From Camelus dromedarius (lineage: Eukaryota), in assembly GCF_036321535.1 (NCBI RefSeq), contig NC_087436.1, forward strand, positions 63,986,001-64,050,000: 64,000 nucleotides of DNA, given 5' to 3'. This document shows, piece after piece, positions 52,143-64,000 of this stretch (within the stretch, counting starts at the first letter, position 1; every line of letters starts with the position of its first letter). A program made the translations under genes and the position numbers. The notes under the pieces were generated by a model that was not told the origin of the DNA, ran no database searches, and saw nothing but the letters and a program-made list of their open reading frames with translations.

Positions 52143-52437
52143 TTTCCTTTTTTTTTCTAGCCTATCAGTTATTTCTTTAAAAAAACTGAAGTAGAGTCAG
52201 TTACAGTGTGTCAATTTCTGATCATACTGTTTCAGTCATACATATACATACATATATTTGTTTTCAAATTCTTGTTTGTTATAGGTTGTTACAAGGTATT
52301 GAATACAGTTCCCTGTGCTATACTGAAGGAATTTGTTTTTTATCTGTCTTATATATAGTAGTTAGTATTTGCACATCTTGAACTCCAAATTTATCCCTTT
52401 CCACACCCTTTCCCCCCAAGTAACCATAAGTTTGTTT
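52143..52437 (-). mobile_element. Short L1 3' UTR fragment, same family as 6934-7197
   Basis: Shared blocks CAGTCATACATATACATACAT and AGTAGTTAGTAT..GCA.ATCTTGAACTCC. Possible TSD GGGAAA(A)TTTTT on both sides. Confidence 0.8.
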
Positions 52438-54659
52438 AGGGAAATTTTTGAGAATTGTTAACTCTCAGTTGTATATAGTTAGTAGTTAATAATTCTTGGT
52501 TATTTATAGTTAATAAAGCTAGTATTTACCAATTGTTTGATAATTCTTAGGAATTACTAACTCATTTATATCAATGTATAAAATCTGAGGGCAACTAAAT
52601 AGTAATAAAAATGAAATTTACTGACTATTAACATTTAAATAGGACTATGCCTAAAGTCTTTGATTTTAATCTAATATTAAAACAAAACCAAACGATGAAA
52701 CTGATTTATGAAGAATTAAGAGGTCCAGCATCTACCTTATGTTCCCATAAACTTTCTTAGTTTTGTTCTCCACTCTGAGTGGACTTATCTCTTAAGTTCA
52801 TCTAAAAAAAAAAATCAATTTAACAGAGCTCTTCTGTACCAAACCTCTAAGGGAACAAGAAAATCAGTGGGCTTGGTGTGGGCTACTCTAAAATTTAAGG
52901 ATGAGAAGGAGGAGTAAATTGTCAGTAAACACATTTATAGTAATTGAAGTTTGTCTATAAAAGGAGAGAGAGAGAGATCAGTAAAGAAAAGTAACTAAAC
53001 AGAACATTCTGGCTCATAATTAGTGAACAAGAACTCAAATTTTGCTAGATTTAAGTTCAGGTGGAGGTCTGTCTATAAGAATAAGAGTGAGGTACAAAAT
53101 ATGAGGTATTTAGTAGTGCTTAAGTCAAATAGAAGAGGAAAATAGTAGGCATATGATGCAACTTTTTATCATTTTTACAATAATGCCAATACCTACAGAA
53201 TTTAATTTCATTAGTTCATTTTTCAGTAAGAGGGACTAACGAGTTCTACTTCAGGCAGCATTTTTGTGATTTCTGCTTCCAATCTGAAAGACATATATTT
53301 AAGGTACATTTCTAGCAGTCAAATTGGAAACCAATTCTTACTTCACTTTCTTTATTTTCTTTAAATCTGTATCAGAACATATTTATGAGACCAAGTTTAA
53401 TGCTAGATTAATAATGAATGTATAACTGCATGAATGTGCTTTATGGACCTAGAAGAAACAATTGAACATGAAAGCAATTTTTGAAGTTACTGTTGCAAGA
53501 TAAATTCAAGTGCCATTGAAAACTGCTCTGTACCTGCATGTGGAATAATAAAGGCATGGAAGGAATCTTAAAAGACACACTCTTGTACGCTCTGTTTGCT
53601 CAAAAAAATTAAATTGTTGATTAGCAATTCCCCATTTACTAATCAATGGGTATTTATACAAATAAAAATAAAAGTAACTAGTTGTCAGGAATTGAACTGT
53701 CTTGCCCAAAGTGACGTGGATGGTTTATAGCACTTGCTGCCTTTTATCAGTGGATTTCTCAGCCTTGCTCTAGAGAATTCTCATTTCTGACTTCAGGCAT
53801 CATCTCTCGGTAGCTGCACCACATTGGTCATGTAACTTCTCAAGGTCTGTTTCCTTGTAGTTAGGGAGTAGGACTACGTGTTCTTTCTCTCCAAAACATC
53901 CACAAGGTAAAATAACATGGATAAAGTTCATTAGAATAGAATACCTTTGTTTACAAGTTAATCTTTCCAAAAACTTACCTTAATAGGTAGTTGATTTTAT
54001 AAGAATTTTCACATTACATTCGTCTTAAAGAGCTGAGCTATGGTATTGTGGTATTAGCATATTTTCAAAAGATAAAATAGGTTATACATTCTTTTCTTGA
54101 AGGTTTAAAAGAAAGTGCATGGTGAAGATATTTTACATTCTTTACAAATGTTAAGGAATCTAGTACGTTTCTCTCCTATTTCTCTATATTTTATTTCCCT
54201 ATTATTGAGGATACTAATAAGTTTTATTTAATAGTAAATCATTTGAGGATATGAAATAGGATTTGATAGCGTTTTTTATATCAGCTTTATTTCCCTTATG
54301 TTTATAGATAAAATAAATTCTACATCCAGAGCTTTGGGCTCACAGTACTATTACATTGTACAAAGGCAGTTTCACCATCTCTTCATTTATAAAGTGGAAG
54401 CGTATACATTGATACACTTAGTATATACTTAATGTTTCTCTTTGACTCCTTTTTTATTCACATGGCTGGATTTATTTACTTAAAAGTATTAAAATTATTT
54501 TAAGGCTTAAGCATTAACTTGCATGTGATGATCTTTACTGAAAGTAAATACGCATGGAGAGAAGTACAAAATGCAGCAATGTAACGTATGCTCATGAGAG
54601 AAGCAAAGAGGTAAAGTAGAAAAGAGACAGAAGGACATGATTTCCAACCCTCTCTCTGT

Positions 54660-54790
54660 ATAGCATATGATGCTGGGAAAGTTACTCCCCCTCTCCAAGC
54701 CTTAGTTTTCTCATGTGCAAAATGGGGATAAAAATAATACTTACCTTTATTGTGAGGATTAAATGAGATGATGTACACAAAATGTATAGC
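54660..54790 (+). mobile_element. MIR SINE core
   Basis: AGCCTTAGTTTTCTCATGTGCAAAATGGGGATAAAAATAATACTTACC..TTGTGAGGATTAAATGAGATGATGTA. Confidence 0.78.
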
Positions 54791-54919
54791 ATACCGACCG
54801 CTTTTATAGTTAATTTTAATAGGTTGTTGAATTGGCTATCTTCTTTTAAGTGGAACTCTAAATTGTTCTGCTTTCCTGCACTTCTCAAAAGGCCAGCTTT
54901 GTTAAGTTATTAATTTTGT

Positions 54920-55215
54920 CATTCACTATGTATTTGTTCGTACCAGATGTCTGCTGGGTGCCGGGACTGTGGAGCATAACATGGCAGAAAGAGCCTCTGC
55001 CTTTAGCACTTGCAAAATCATGGAAATGAAGTGTTAGGCGAGGTATCTATGATGCATTATTTGTTAAAATCTGGTAAGTGCTACAAAGGTTAAGCCCAGG
55101 ATGCTGTGAGGTGGAGCAGGATCAGACCTTGTCTGAGTTGGAGGTGGGCTGGTCTGCAGAGACTTCCCAGAGCGGGCGACATTTGAGCTAAGATGTGAAG
55201 GTTGAGTAGGCAGCC
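54920..55215 (-). mobile_element. L2 fragment
   Basis: CATTCAC..GTATTTGTT..TACCAGATGTC...ACATTTGAGCTAAGATGTGAAGGTTGAGTAGG. Confidence 0.6.
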
Positions 55216-56129
55216 CTGGAGAATGTGCTGGTTCACTGCTCCCTTCACATTCTGTCATCGGAAGAGCTCATCACAGACCCAGGCATGTTCTAGTGGAGGA
55301 GGTTAATAGAGGTGAGTAAAGGGAAGAAAATTAAGCATAGTTACCTTGATTTGGCAATAGGGACAGCACCCCCGAATTTTTCATTTTACAGAGGAACTGA
55401 GTGAACACAGAATGGTTTAATATCAGTTGTCTGCCTATAATATTAAATTTCAGAATATCATAAACTATCTGTTGACCATAAAGAATGGGCAAGGCACTGT
55501 AATTTGAGATGAGGAGGGTATGTCAAATCTATACAGATATTGAAACCAAGATTTCTTAGTTTATTTTTAGAGATATATAAATGTGTGTCTGTGACTAGGA
55601 GGGAGTTTTACTCCAGAAGGTTGGTTTCTGTTCATTTTTAGTCTAACTTCTCCCTGTCCCCACTGGCTTACGTCCACAGAAACTCTGTAGAAATGTAGGA
55701 ACTAGCTTTAGGAATACCAGTGCTCAAGTTTGGCAGTGCTATGGTTATGACTCTTACTTGTCAAGGAACAGCAGTAAAACACCAATCTGGAAAACAGCTG
55801 TTAAGAGAGATTATCATTTAGTAAAGACAGTAGACTGTCATATCTCCACTGCTAGAATTAAACTTATCATTTAAATATTTGAAGGCTTTCCACAGTGTGT
55901 GATGATAAAACTGACTGTATTTTTATTTAGAACAAATCATCGAATATTAATAAAATAATGGTAAAGTATGTTCTAGAAAACAAATGATATTAGTTTAAGA
56001 TATTGCTCATTAATTCTATGAGCAAAATGATAAATAAGTGTGGTTTAAGAAAATTATCTTAGCAGAATACAGTTTTTAATATAGGGAAAATAGTAAGAAG
56101 ATAGTAAGTTTGGAACCATTTATCTTTTT

Positions 56130-56645
56130 CATCCATTTGTCAACGTTTATTGTGTGCTTCCTGTGTGACAAAATTAAGTATAATTGTGATAGAGATTAGA
56201 AAAGGGAAAATAATGAGTTTTACGGGAATATTTTCTCTAAGGATCTCAGGCCATCCAGATGAGAGATTTTCTCATCCTGCTGAGCCCTGGAGGATGTGAA
56301 GGAGTTGGTCAAGCAGACAGGCTTCCTGAAGAAGGGAATCAAAGCCTAGGGTGAGACAGAGCTCAGCTCATGTGAGAAACTGCGGGGAGGTCCTAGTAGC
56401 TGGAACACAGGATTGAGAGAGGAGGTGACGTGAAACGTGCTAGGAAAGTAAATGGGAGTCCATAATGTGTTGTCTGTTTTTTAAGTATTTTGGCCTTTAT
56501 CTTAGGAGCAGTGGGCAGTCATTAAAGGTTTTAAGCCAGGTTGTAACAAGATGAGATTTTCGTTTGACAAAGATCACGTTGGCTGTTCTGTGTAGATGTA
56601 ATTGGAGGAGGCATGAAGAGGGGAGGTGGAGAAACCAGTTAGATG
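56130..56645 (-). mobile_element. L2 fragment
   Basis: TCATCCATTTGTCAACGTTTATTGTGTGCTTCCTGTGTG...CAGTGGGCAGTCATTAAAGGTTTTAAGC...AAAGATCACGTTGGCTG. Confidence 0.62.
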
Positions 56646-57649
56646 CCAGTCTAAGCTTCTGCTACACCCCTTCCCAGCTGGGAAGTGTAGGCCAGAGCTT
56701 GCCTCTTTCTGGCTTCAGCTTATTGAGGTGCAAGGAAAGGGTTTGTATTAAATAATATCCCTTTCAACTTTAATATGCTGTACTCTCATTTTATTGTAAA
56801 AAGCTAAGTGATGTGATCATTATTTAAATTACCTTATAGGAACTTGTTATTAATTTTTACTCATCTTCCTGTTTATATATTGTTATAATGCTATATCCAA
56901 TTATTTAGTTAGATTTTTTTTTTTTTTTTACCTAAAAGGTTAAGTCTATTCTTTGGAGACCTATACCCATAACTAGAATTTTTATATGTTTGTATTTTAA
57001 ATGCTACACAAAAATCATAAAATCAGATGTTGGGACTACATTTAATTTAGTTAAGAGGGTTTATGTCACAAAATTCTTCTATTTTGAGCAAAGTGATTTA
57101 TTTATTTGTAAATCCTCATTCCTGAAGTCATTAAATGGATTTCCTATTTTAACGATACCTGAAAAGACAGTAATACATTGTTTCTTGTAACACTACAGCG
57201 GTCTGATAGTCTGAGTGACAAATGCAAAAAAGTTGACTGTTTATTATGTAAGAATTTATAAGATGTTTTTCTACTTGTGTCTTTCATTAATAATGTAAAT
57301 ATTTTGTTTCCCCTTTGTGTTCTGTTTTCTAATTCCCCTAAACTCTTTTATATCTCTTTTATGGCATTTATGACATTCTGCCGTGGCGTTTGATTATTTC
57401 TCTTCTTGTTTCATACTTATGTGGAAATATAATTTCATTGAAGGCAGGGACTGGTTAGTCTCTTTTATCATAACCTGGAGTACCTGATTATGTCAGTGGA
57501 GATGGTGGTTTATGTTGATAGGTTGAGTTCTTCAAAGATGGAGATGTAGTATGTTAGCTAAGTGTCATATATGATATGTCTTTTTTGTTTAAAAAATTAA
57601 TAGCACAGACTCTATAATTACTTGGCTGTGTCCATGAGCCTTAGTGACT

Positions 57650-57840
57650 TAGAAAATGGACTCTAGGATCACATGAACTTAAGCCTAAACCTGGAAACTG
57701 TGTACCCCATAATAGCTGTGTGACGTTGAGTCATTTTCTGAGCCTCAGTTTACTCTCTGTATTGTTGGGCTAATGATATGTATTTCATCGTGGGCTTATG
57801 AGAATTAAATTAGTTTCTGTCAGATAATGCATTGCATAAG
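57650..57840 (+). mobile_element. MIR SINE
   Basis: TAGCTGTGTGACGTTGAG..TCTGAGCCTCAGTTTACTC...TATGAGAATTAAAT. Confidence 0.68.
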
Positions 57841-58861
57841 GTCTGGTTATTGTATGTGAGAGCCGGATGGGGAAAATCGGGGCTGTCACCCTTGCACGTA
57901 GCAGGAAGGAGTGGAACATGGTGCTTCAAGCCATCTCTTTTTATCCTTTGTTCCCAAACTTTTTGCAAGATTGATATCACTTTATATCTGTTGTCTTCAA
58001 TCCTCATGGCCTTCCATTTGGAATCATTTTGTCATGTTACTTCATGTACACTATACAGTTTTTTTTTTTTAAATCTCTGACTACAATCTTTTTTATCTCT
58101 GACTTATTCTGAAAGGAATGATTATCTCGCAATTTATGAGGTACAAATGGAATCCAGAACACTGGCAGGCACTGTCAGATAAGAATGTCAGAAATGCCTT
58201 TATTACTTATTTCTAATACATTCTATAGGCATATCTACCTAATACATTTAGGCTATAAAATGTAATTTGTATATGTCGTATTTCAGGGCAGACGTAGTCT
58301 TCCCCTGTCCCCAGTGTACATTTCCCTGAAATCAACTGTTTTTAGAATTTGAAGAACATTGCTTATTTTAAAAGTGACAATCTGAGAAAATAGGATTACT
58401 GTCACAAAGAATGAACTGTTAAGGAGGACAAGGTGTGAGATCAGAGTACTTCATCTTGAATAAACTTCTCTTGTGTTGGATGGAGTACAGCTTTATAAAA
58501 CCTTGAAACAGTGAGGAATCATAATTGGGTAACATTCAGCAAAATTACTGGTAGTTTTGAGAAAAAAAAAGCATACAGTTGCATGCATAATGAAAATAGT
58601 GTAGTTTTGGAAAAATAATTTGAAGCCAGCTATTCTGAAAGCAATTGCAAATGTGTATGAACTGGGACATGGTGCCCTTTGTATGGCCTGTGAGAACTTG
58701 CTTTTCAAAGGTAGGCTTGTAGTATGATGTCAGTGTTTGTGTCCTCTTGAAGAACCGCTATTTCAATATAAGATATTCCCTGTTCTCTGATTATAGCATG
58801 TGGAAGAGATATAGTTTTAAACCTCTCAACAGCTGAAGGGACTGTTTCAAAGAACATTAAA

Positions 58862-58984
58862 TTTTTTTTTTTGTTTGTAGGTTCGTTCGTTTATTTACAT
58901 TTGGAGGAGGTACTGGGGATTGAAGCCGGGATCTTGTGTGTGTTAAGAGGCGCTCTAGCACTTGAGCTATACCCCTCACCCCCC
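58862..58984 (-). mobile_element. tRNA-Ala-derived SINE (Vic-1-type), more diverged
   Basis: T tail, then GGAGGTACTGGGGATTGAAGCC...CACTTGAGCTATACCCCTCACCCCCC, matching the other two copies. Confidence 0.82.
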
Positions 58985-61800
58985 ATGAAAACTCCCCAGT
59001 TCTTGTCCTGGGCAATCAAATATCTGATATGACTTGTAATCCTGACTGCTCTAAAAGTGAATTAGTAATTTTTCTGTGAGTTTTTAAATCTCTTACTGGA
59101 AGTAATCATTTCTTCCATAATTAAGTTGTTTTATTATTTATTTTTTCTGAATGTTGTATTAAAAAGAACTCTTAAGCACAGTGTGACACAGTTAAGTGTA
59201 TAAAAAAAAACTTTGTTTTGAATAATTTTGGGTAATTGTAGCAAACCAGATGTTGCTAAGTTCTAATTTAATCAGAGATAAAAAATATTCGCAATATAGT
59301 TTTGTCTAGCTGTCAACTTAGATAAATGAATCCATTTCAATCAGCATGCTCCTAGTGGAAAAAGGAGGGGATATCATAACATTTTTCTAGCTACATTTGT
59401 TGAAAATAAATATTAATCTTCTATGTGGTTAAAACCATGCTGTGCCAATTTTATCATAACCATAATTGCAGAGAAGCCTTTTAGATTTTTTATTTTGATG
59501 AAGTTTACTTCTTTTTATCCTCTGGAGGCATCGTGTTAGATTCTGATTTTCATTTCGGTTATATGACCGTGTAGGTTTGTGTTCATCTTTTATTATCTTG
59601 AGGCTACTTGTTAAAAGACACTGTTGGGTGGTTTTATTCTGCAAACATAAGGCTATGACATGGTCGAGATTTTTTTTTCCCCTCTCAAACCTAAGCCTCT
59701 GTCTTTAAAACCTACACTTCTGTTTTTACCTTTTTAAAAAATCTGTTGTAATTCATGGGAGAAACTTAAATAGTAGTATTTTATATATTCCCTGTTCTCT
59801 TTTGTTCTGTAGCATTACTTAAGACAGAATACTTCCAGAGCTCTGCCGACTTCTCAGAAAATGGTGCATAAAATAACACACTAAAGGAAAACAAAAAGCA
59901 AACTAACAAAACAAAATAAAGCAAGGCATAAGGCCAGGAAAAATAATGTTAATTTCAAGCTCCATTAGAAATGCCAGTGAGAAGAATGGCAGGAAAGGAT
60001 GATAGGTACAGGGACCCAACTGGTAAAGAATGAGTTTATATGTTTGTATCTTCTTATTGTGTAGTTGGGAAAGGTGGAAAGGAAACCTCAGGCCATAAAG
60101 TGAATAATTACCTCTTAATACCCACAACATCACTTTTCTATACTAATAAAAGTTTTGAATTATTTGCTGTCTTAGGGGCCTTCAGTATTGCTGTATAGAA
60201 GGGCTGTGGTAAGGGGATTCAACATGGCTGTAACTGATGATTTTTGTCATATATATGGGAAGCTTGTAGGGAAAATTGTTAGTTCAGTAGAAAACCACTT
60301 TAGCTGTAATAATTACCAGAGCTAATTGATTGTTCCAGTTTATGTGGATGTTTGTCTAGGCTAGTCATCGAGGAAATACAGAAAGTGAAGATTGAAGTTG
60401 GAATTTTATTTCCATTTCTAAGAATAATTCTGAAACATGTGACTCAGATTTTTTTTTTCAGGTCAGACTCTCTTATCTCAGTTTTGTTCATGTCCTCTTC
60501 AGAAAGCAGGTTTTGAAAGTGTTCTTAATTGGTAGATAGAAAATTGGTTGGAAACATTTCACAAAATTCTCTTTGGAGAGAGACAGAGATGCCAAGAAAG
60601 AGGGGGGAAATCATACGTGTAGTTTTATCTCCTTTTGCTTTTATTACAGCATTTTGAGGAAAGAGTGGAAAGCACATTTAATGGTCTCTCTGCAGTTAGG
60701 ATACTTTGTACAACATGAACAGCGAGAAGAAAGTGAAGCAGAATTTTCCTTTTATGGGTTTCTCATTGGTCTTCCTGCTTTGGTGACTTGACGCAAGAGA
60801 AATAAAACAATTCTCTTAAGATCTCCTGGAACACAGTGGTTTTGAATGTACGTGTAGAACCAGATTGGTGAGTGGTGGTGTCAGTCATATGCCTATACTT
60901 GGGTTTCAGATTTATGTGTCAACATTGTGGGTGTTTTGCCTACACACTATGGGGTAACAACCTGTATTTTGTTTTTATTTTTTTTCCTCTGTGCTGAGGG
61001 TGTGTGTCTGAATGTTTGTGACCTAGTGATTGTTTGGGCAGAAGAGGTAGGTGGTTTGGAGTCGCCTTGTCTTTCTTACATTGCCTAGTTTCTGTCTTCC
61101 CTGTGCCTCTGGAAGCACAATAGAAATGACAACCTAGAAGCAAGTGATCAGCTCCCAAGGGCAAAATATGAAAAGGTCCCAGACTTGAAAAGTGTTATTT
61201 GTGGAAGTCTCCAAATATTACATTCAGAAATGTGAGTTCACAGAGTACTAGGTAAGTGTCTTTATGTTTGTTAACCTTTCTTTCACTTGAAATTCTTGAT
61301 GCATCCTTTAAATACATTTTCTACTCATAAAACTTCTATATTGGTAAGTTAGAACTTATTTTTGGAATAAAGTTTAAGAATCATACTTTATTTTTTTTTA
61401 TTTCCAGAGAGGATCTTTGTGTGTACCTGAGTGGGGTTGCAAAGACAGATCTGATGTAAATTTCCTATCTAATGAAAGACCTTTATCATTGCTCTTTCTT
61501 CCAGCTTTCAGAAAGCTTTAAAGGTGTTTATTTTCCTTAGCTATAAGCTTTGGGTGGACTTACTCGTATCTCAGGTGTGTTTAGGTGCCTCTACTCAGGT
61601 GTTTACTGACATTAGAAAGTATGCTACATGAATGTGGAAGCCACTCTTTATTCTTTTAAGACTGGTTACAATTTTGATATAGTAGTGGCCAGAAACTTGA
61701 AATGTATGAATTTATTTTGATACACAAATGAAAGTTCCTCAGTGAAAGATTTATTGCTTCTTACTAAAGTCCTGTATGTTTGTAATTTTTTTTTTAACTG

Positions 61801-61831
<31 letters not shown>

Positions 61832-64000
61832 GAAAAGAAAAATTGGACTGAGTCTTCCAGATTTTCTCTGGAGGAAGTAAAGAAAAGTCTTACATTTTTT
61901 TTAAGGTATGCCTAGTGTAATAGTGTATAAAATGTGTATGCCTAGGGAATGATGGTGTTTAAAATGTATGAGGAGAGGTTTAACAGTTCGTAGTGGTCAC
62001 CTGGAGGTGTAGAAATGAGCACCCAGCTGCTCGTTTGAGGGCATCTCTTTGAATCCTTGGCAGACGCGGTCCAGGCTCAGCGGCTTGGCTAACTTGTGTG
62101 CACCCCTGGGCTCATCGACAATTAGAAATCCTTGGCAGGGCACCTGTGCAGGGAAGCGTCGACTCCAAGGGTGTGGAGGCACCAACCCACTGCCTTCTCC
62201 AGCTAGGTAGTGACACTTCACCATTTCTGTTGCCTCTGTATGGCCAGGGAACTTGAAACAATCTATAAAAGAAAGACAGTCTTTCTACACATTAAATGTC
62301 ATCTTCCGCATAGAGCACCAGCCACCCCTGCTTGCAGGAGCATGCAGTCGTTGCGGAGGCTGGAGGGGGGCAGAGTGCCTCTCTCATGCTCCTTTAACTC
62401 TGCTCACCAGTCCTCTCACTGATGGCCTAAAATCTATGTGTATCGTATCCCTTTGCAAAAGGAGGGGGAGATTTTTATCATTTCATCCCAAAGTTATAAG
62501 CCATTCCTGGAATTAAGCAATTTGGCCTCTGGTGCTTTCAGTGTAGCTGCCTGGTAGAGCAGAAGGGCAGTCCAGTGACCCCAGGGAACTGGAAAAGCCG
62601 TGTTCCTTTGGCATCATACTGTGACATGTGCCATTTCCTGGGTGGTACTGTGGGCTGGTTAGCTCCCAATCAAACCCACCTTCTTGGAGTTGATGGTCCC
62701 ACGATTGAAAGGCTATGTAAGACTGAACCTTGTCTTACATGTAGAAACATGCCCAGTTTTACATAGCTACTGTGCCAATGTCTGCCCTTCCCTTTTCTTC
62801 TCTTCCCATCTCCATTCTGACAGGGACATTATCCTTCCTGCCTTAACCTCTTCAACCTCAGTGTTGTCCTAGGACATAAATATAATGTCATTTAACTATC
62901 AAGTAATAGGGCAAGATAGTCCAGTGTTTATCTGTGCAGATAATTGCAAATACCACCTTGTTGTTCACTTCAGCAAAATATAGATTAATACATTTTAACA
63001 GGCATCTGTTTAATAGACATCTCTGTTTTTACTTCCTTCTGTTTGTTTAGTGACATCTAGTTTAATTCCAGAGCTGAGCTTACTTCATTCTTAGAGAAGC
63101 AAGGCCCTTTCTTCTGAGCCCCAGTCAACAGTCAGAACTGGTCTTTCAGCAACAACCTTGGCTCATCAAGTTCTTTGGGTTCAGTCCTATGTATCTCTTT
63201 TCTTTCCTGGCCCATGGTCAGAGTGAAAATCCAGTGACGTTCCCTACTTTCACTTATCTTTTCCATCACTGCTTTTTTCCCTTTTTGTTCTTAGAATTCT
63301 TTTGCTGAAGGCTCTCAAGTTCTCATTTTTCTGTAACAGCCTCTCAGAATGCTCCCCATCCCCAGTCTTTGTCTACCCAAGAATTACCATCTAGAATTTA
63401 TGGTGACTCTTCGTGGGTGACAGGTGAGTCACTGTGCCAGACTTAGATTTAGTTTTCTGTTGTTCCTTTTCAGTTCACATATTAGCGTACACATGGTCAT
63501 TTCTGAGCCGGTTATAATTACCATGCTCCCATCAGACGTTAGACGGCCCCTCACCTTGGCTCGGTGAGGGGCGTCTCGGAGCCTGTAAGTTACCCGAATG
63601 GCTGAGATTAATGATCACTTCTTTAAAAGAAAACACCACGAGTTCACTTTAGAGTTTATTTTGGCTATAACTAGAGAATCTTTAGAATTTGTAACAGTAA
63701 ATAAATCATTTCATTTTGAAGTGTGCGAGACAAGAAAAATTTCCCTCTCTCTTTGTTTTTTCCTGAAATGTCATATTAGTTTCTTCATTGTCAGAAACCA
63801 CTTGTTTTCTGTGCATGTGTGATTATTCTAACTCTAGGGTCGTTAATAGAGCTGAGATCTTGATATGGAGTGGCCAGCAGAAGACCATTCATTTCACGGG
63901 ACTCTTTTTAGATTCTTGACCTTAGATGAAGTGCAAATACCACTGCTGAGGTGAATAATCTTTGAATTATAAAGTAGAATGTATTTGACCTTTGTTTACT

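Noticed and set aside
1..64000. CRISPR array, operon or new multi-gene system
   Set aside because: No regularly spaced repeat-spacer structure and no intact multi-exon or prokaryote-like genes. The composition is ordinary mammalian intergenic, promoter and intronic DNA.

Overview
This is mammalian genomic DNA, most likely from a camelid (inferred from three tRNA-Ala-derived Vic-1-type SINEs and artiodactyl-type L1 3' ends). Bases 1-39 kb are AT-rich, repeat-dense intergenic sequence: L2, MIR, MaLR/ERV1 LTRs, an ERV1 internal remnant, hAT DNA-transposon fossils and L1 fragments. This part also holds one full-length processed ferritin light chain (FTL) pseudogene (25690-26577). The pseudogene keeps its iron-responsive element, poly(A) signal and target-site duplication but has a +1 frameshift after codon 5. 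Bases ~39.1-42.3 kb are a large CpG-island promoter with a + strand first exon ending at a splice donor (40978/40979), several uORFs and a consensus donor on the opposite strand. The rest of the window looks like the start of a long first intron, with no recognisable coding exon. From memory the first exon resembles that of FAT3, but this cannot be confirmed from the window. I found no intact protein-coding gene, no true RNA gene, no CRISPR array and no evidence of a new multi-gene system. The findings are modest regulatory and retrotransposition observations. Repeat family names and boundaries come from eye recognition and are approximate unless a TSD is given.
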